From an uncultured Pelagibacteraceae bacterium (lineage in GTDB: Bacteria > Pseudomonadota > Alphaproteobacteria > Pelagibacterales > Pelagibacteraceae), in contig CACACV010000001.1 in the NCBI GenBank assembly GCA_902531025.1, forward strand, positions 1-42,101: a DNA stretch of 42,101 bases, in the 5' to 3' direction. The first letter of the stretch is position 1, and every line of letters starts with the position of its first letter. This document shows positions 38,141 through 42,101 of this stretch, in pieces. Under the pieces are notes generated by a model, which made no database searches, was not told where the DNA came from, and saw nothing but the letters and a program-made list of their open reading frames with translations. The translations under genes were made by a program, and so were the position numbers.

Positions 38141-38769
38141 TATTTATTTACTTCATATAACCCAAGCCAAGCATTAACATCTTTGCTCGCAATGTAATTT
38201 GATTTGAAGAATTCCAATTCCTTCCATTTGTTTTCTTTATTTAACTGGTCTATTTTTTTGTCAAATCCATACTCTTCATGAATTCCTTCATTAATTGTAA
38301 AACAAATTAAGCCTTTATTTTTAGTAATTCTAATAAACTCATCTAATGCTGGAGGCTTTACATGTCCAAAGGTAAAGGTTCCAACACACATTAATGCATC
38401 AAATGAATTATCTTTTTCATTAATTTCTTTATTTAAATCAACTTTATCAAGTTTTTGGTATAAGTCTTCTGGAACTAAATCTAATAATTTCTGAGAAAGA
38501 TCTGCTCCATGAAAGTTTGAAAAACCATATTTTTTCAATTCAACACCTACTAAGCCTGTTCCACATCCTGCATCATAGATTTTAATTTCTTTATCTGTTT
38601 GATATTTTACAAAGATCTCTGAGGTTTCTTTTGGTCCAGTATAATTCCAATCAACCATATCTTGATCGTATTTGTTATCTTCGCCCCATTCGTCATAATA
38701 TTTCATGACTTCATCAGTCTTTTTAAGTTTGTATATTGGTACTTTGTTACCTACATCTTTTTGTGCCAT
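38140..38769 (-). CDS. Class I SAM-dependent methyltransferase
   Basis: IYDAGCGTG motif I, GADLS, FDALMCVGTFTFGHV; YYDEW...YD N-terminus. Confidence 0.9.
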   Translation of the reverse strand: MAQKDVGNKVPIYKLKKTDEVMKYYDEWGEDNKYDQDMVDWNYTGPKETSEIFVKYQTDKEIKIYDAGCGTGLVGVELKKYGFSNFHGADLSQKLLDLVPEDLYQKLDKVDLNKEINEKDNSFDALMCVGTFTFGHVKPPALDEFIRITKNKGLICFTINEGIHEEYGFDKKIDQLNKENKWKELEFFKSNYIASKDVNAWLGLYEVNK

Positions 38770-41174
38770 TAGCTCCTCATCTTTTGTCCAGAAGGATCAT
38801 AAAGTGGTTCTTTAATTATTGAACAGTTAAAAAAGTCGCCATTTATTTCAACTTGAATACCTTTTTCAGATTTTAATTCATTTTGATCTACATAAGAAAA
38901 TGCAATACTTTTGTTTACAAAGTGGGCAAAACCTCCTGAAGTTATGTATCCAATACTTTTGTCACCTTTTAATATCGCTTCATTATAAGTCACATCAATA
39001 TCGTTTGTCTCGACTATTAATGGAACTAATTTATTTTTACTTTCATCTTTTTGAGCACAATCTTTTCCAATAAAATCTTTATTCCAATTTATGAAAACAT
39101 CTAAACCAGTTTCTTTTGCAGTGAAATCGGGACGGTAATCTAATGTCCAAGCTCCCCAATTTTTTTCCAATCTCATAGACATTAAAGCCCTTCCACCAAA
39201 AGGTTTTATATTAAATTCTTTTCCTGCTTTTGTTAATTCTTCGTATAATTTTATTTGAAAATGAGGAGCTACATAAATTTCGTATCCAAGCTCTCCAGTA
39301 AAAGATATTCTATTTACTAAAGCAGGTACTCCTGCAACAAACATTTTTCTAGAATCTCTAAATTTAAAACTATCATTAGAGACGTTCTCTCTAACAATTT
39401 TTTGAAGTAAATCTCTTGATTTAGGACCTGCTATACTAAGTCCATGAAATTCATCGGATCTATTTTTATATTGTAAATTAAATTTTTTTAAATGGCTTTC
39501 AAACCATCTTCTATGCATTTCTTGAGCAGCTCCAGATCCAAAAACCATGAATTCATTTTCATCTAAACATGCCACAGTTAAATCACCATAAAGTTTTCCT
39601 CTGTAAGTAAGCATGGGTGTTAAAGAAATTCTTCCAGGCTTCGGTAATTTACCTGCCATTATATGGTCTAAAAATTTTCTTGCATCTGGACCTCTAAATT
39701 CATGTTTTGAAAAGTTAGCTACTTCAGTTACACCAACATTTTCTCTTACATTTATAACTTCTTTTGAAACATAATTGTGAGATCTTGATCTTTTAATAGT
39801 TGGTTCCTCATAAGCATCTTCTTTATTATTAGCAAACCATAAAACATTTTCTAAACCAAAAGAGTCTCCCATCACAGCTCCCTTTTCAACAAATCGATCA
39901 TATAAAGCTGTTGTTTTTTGCTTTCTGCCTTTTGGCAAAGTTTCGTTTGGAAATGTCATTATAAATCGTCTTTCATAATTTTCTGAAGATTTAATCGTCC
40001 CATATTGTGGTGATGCATAATCTCCGAATCTTGCTACGTCCATTGCCCAGACATCAATTGAAGGTTCACCATCTATAATCCATTCTGCAATACATTTACC
40101 AACCCCGCCACCTTGGCAGAAACCCGCCATAACGCCTACTGCTACCCAATAATTTTTCATACCAGGAACAGGACCAATTAAAGGACTTCCATCAGGACCA
40201 AAAGTGAATGGTCCATTTACGATATTTTTTATTCCTGCTTTTTCTAAAGCAGGCATTCTCTCAAATCCTATAGCTAATCTATCTTGGATGTTATCAAGTT
40301 TAGGTTCTAAAAGTTCATGTCCAAAATTCATTGGAGTCCCTTCTACTTTCCAAGGAGTAGACTTTTGCTCATATGTGCCTAGCAACATTCCTTTACCTTC
40401 TTGTCTAAAATAAATATTACCTTCAAAATCTGTTCCAATTGGAATTCTTTTATCTCCCAATGCTTCAATTTCTGGAATAGCTTCTGTAATTAGATAATGA
40501 TGTTCCATAGGCTGAACAGGTAAATTTAATCCAGCCAAATTACCAACTTCTCTAGCCCATAGTCCTCCAGCATTAATAACAATCTCAGCATTAATATTTC
40601 CTTTATCTGTTACAACATTCCATGAACCGTCTTCCTTTTGCTTAGTATCTTTAACGACTGTATGAGTATAATATTTTCCTCCATGGACTTTTGCAGCTTT
40701 TGCAAATGCATAAGTTACTCCTGACGGATCAACTTCCCCATCTATTGGATCCCATAATGCTAGTAAGTATCTAGAAGGATCAATTAAAGGATTTTTCCTT
40801 TTTACTTCTTCAAGAGAAATAAATTCCTGATCTAATCCCATATATCTTGCTTTTGATCTTTCTCTTTTTAGATATTCTGCCCAGACATCATTTGAAGCTA
40901 AATAAAATCCACCACTTGGTTTAAAACCACAAGAATGACCTGACTCTTTCTCAATTTCTTTGTAAAGACCTATTGTATAAGCCATCATTCTAGAAATATT
41001 TGGATCACTAGAGATTACATGAACATTTCCAGCAGCATGCCATGATGATCCAGAAGTTAACTCATTTCTTTCTAATAAAACACAATCTTTCATTCCAAAC
41101 TTTGAAAGATGGTAAAGAATTGAACAACCAACAACTCCTCCACCAATTATTACTACTTTGGCATAATTCTCCAT
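38769..41174 (-). CDS. GcvT-family FAD-dependent oxidoreductase (DMG/sarcosine dehydrogenase-like), paralog 3
   Basis: GGGVVG, LTSGSSWHAAG, NGPFTFGPDG, SFTGELGYE, MRLEKNWG. Confidence 0.9.
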   Translation of the reverse strand: MENYAKVVIIGGGVVGCSILYHLSKFGMKDCVLLERNELTSGSSWHAAGNVHVISSDPNISRMMAYTIGLYKEIEKESGHSCGFKPSGGFYLASNDVWAEYLKRERSKARYMGLDQEFISLEEVKRKNPLIDPSRYLLALWDPIDGEVDPSGVTYAFAKAAKVHGGKYYTHTVVKDTKQKEDGSWNVVTDKGNINAEIVINAGGLWAREVGNLAGLNLPVQPMEHHYLITEAIPEIEALGDKRIPIGTDFEGNIYFRQEGKGMLLGTYEQKSTPWKVEGTPMNFGHELLEPKLDNIQDRLAIGFERMPALEKAGIKNIVNGPFTFGPDGSPLIGPVPGMKNYWVAVGVMAGFCQGGGVGKCIAEWIIDGEPSIDVWAMDVARFGDYASPQYGTIKSSENYERRFIMTFPNETLPKGRKQKTTALYDRFVEKGAVMGDSFGLENVLWFANNKEDAYEEPTIKRSRSHNYVSKEVINVRENVGVTEVANFSKHEFRGPDARKFLDHIMAGKLPKPGRISLTPMLTYRGKLYGDLTVACLDENEFMVFGSGAAQEMHRRWFESHLKKFNLQYKNRSDEFHGLSIAGPKSRDLLQKIVRENVSNDSFKFRDSRKMFVAGVPALVNRISFTGELGYEIYVAPHFQIKLYEELTKAGKEFNIKPFGGRALMSMRLEKNWGAWTLDYRPDFTAKETGLDVFINWNKDFIGKDCAQKDESKNKLVPLIVETNDIDVTYNEAILKGDKSIGYITSGGFAHFVNKSIAFSYVDQNELKSEKGIQVEINGDFFNCSIIKEPLYDPSGQKMRS

Positions 41175-41176
41175 AA

Positions 41177-42101
41177 CTAGTATTTAATTTCTTTATTAAC
41201 TTCTTTTAAAGTTTTGTCTGTTCCATGATGAAAATGTTTACTCATGTCAGGCATATATTTCATAGAAATTGGCTTTTTACCAACAGCCACTGCCATTTCT
41301 CTTACATGATGCGCTTCTGCTCCACAACAAATTCCAATAAAATTAATATTTTGTTCTAAACAATTTTTTGCAAATTCTGCCATTTCAAATCTATTGCAAA
41401 ATAAATTATCTAGGGCTACAGGGAAAGCATTTCCTCCGGGTATACAGTCGCAACCATGATCTGTTTGATTTAAAAAACCTGGTTCTTCCTCTGTGGTTCT
41501 GTATGGAACAGGTAATCCTGCCACATGGCAAGAAACTTTTTTTCTGACTTCTTTTAGTAATTTCATTGTCATTTTTGGACCTCTATAACAATTTAAACCA
41601 ACAACATCAGCTCCAAGGTCTTCAATTATTCTACAAGCATCTTCGGCTGTATGCCCATCTCTTGTTAAATCGCCTCTTGGTATTGCATAATTTGCAACTG
41701 CTATTAAACCTTCATCTTTGATAGCTTTTAGAGCAATTTTCATTTCATCAACCCAATTAATTGTTTCTGCTACGATAAAATCAACCCCAGCTTCTTTTGC
41801 CCATATAACTTGTTCTTCATACATTTTTTGACATTCTTTAAAAGTTGACTTGTCTTTTGGATCAAAAATATTTGTATTAGCTACATCACCACATACCATT
41901 AAATCTAAATCCTTGAATTCAGCCGCAGCATCTTTTGCAATTTTAAGAGCATTTTTCTGCATTGGCTCAAGTAAATCTTCTTTTCCTATAATTCTCAATT
42001 TTTCTCTATGGCCATAATAAGTAAATGCTTGAACCACATCAGATCCAGCTCTAATAAATTCTCTATGTAATTGAGTAACAACATCTGGATTTTCTAAAAC
42101 A
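41177..42101 (-). CDS. bhmt: Betaine-homocysteine S-methyltransferase (5' end outside window)
   Basis: Frame open to the window edge (..LENPDVVTQLHREFIRAGSDVVQAFTYYGH); VGLNC and GICCG Zn-binding Cys. Confidence 0.88.
   Translation of the reverse strand, partial: VLENPDVVTQLHREFIRAGSDVVQAFTYYGHREKLRIIGKEDLLEPMQKNALKIAKDAAAEFKDLDLMVCGDVANTNIFDPKDKSTFKECQKMYEEQVIWAKEAGVDFIVAETINWVDEMKIALKAIKDEGLIAVANYAIPRGDLTRDGHTAEDACRIIEDLGADVVGLNCYRGPKMTMKLLKEVRKKVSCHVAGLPVPYRTTEEEPGFLNQTDHGCDCIPGGNAFPVALDNLFCNRFEMAEFAKNCLEQNINFIGICCGAEAHHVREMAVAVGKKPISMKYMPDMSKHFHHGTDKTLKEVNKEIKY

Noticed and set aside
4049-40413. Short ORF-track entries antisense to real genes (4049-4321, 4767-4955, 6355-6636, 8127-8315, 15592-15960, 16030-16311, 21267-21518, 21941-22408, 23332-23583, 25350-25547, 25941-26393, 26405-26707, 28339-28590, 29112-29336, 30620-30838, 34782-35021, 40204-40413)
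   Set aside because: Shadow ORFs on the opposite strand of well-supported genes, with biased composition and no motifs

Overview
AT-rich (roughly 30% GC by eye), extremely gene-dense alphaproteobacterial window with near-zero intergenic spacing. Gene content and style point to a SAR11/Pelagibacterales chromosome (inference). Left part: a partial secreted HExxH metallopeptidase, housekeeping genes, trimethylamine monooxygenase (tmm), an mtnP-dioxygenase-mtnA / apt / PRTase purine and MTA salvage cluster, tRNA-Met(CAT), and a haloacetate dehalogenase-TauD-AEC transporter-pilin string. Middle: guaC, a GcvT-type amine dehydrogenase, and an Fe3+ ABC operon with tandem Fur boxes. That operon hides an unannotated Cys-containing micro-ORF and a long hairpin exposing an anti-Shine-Dalgarno loop, and it lies next to an LsrB/VtlR-type LysR, acuI, folE and hisI. 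Right part: a ~18 kb minus-strand run of 17 tightly coupled genes for methylated N/S-onium compound metabolism (BHMT, two GcvT-type dehydrogenases, class I methyltransferase, Rieske oxygenase, SET-domain protein, DddP-like lyase, APS-kinase-like plus HxGH nucleotidyltransferase pair, enoyl-CoA hydratase, CoA-binding protein, quinone reductase, ETF, ETF-QO). The run is interrupted by a large SHOCT-domain secreted protein that is frameshifted at a T9 tract in its signal peptide. No CRISPR array, rRNA, integrase or transposase was seen. All calls come from motif recognition by eye; no database searches were run.
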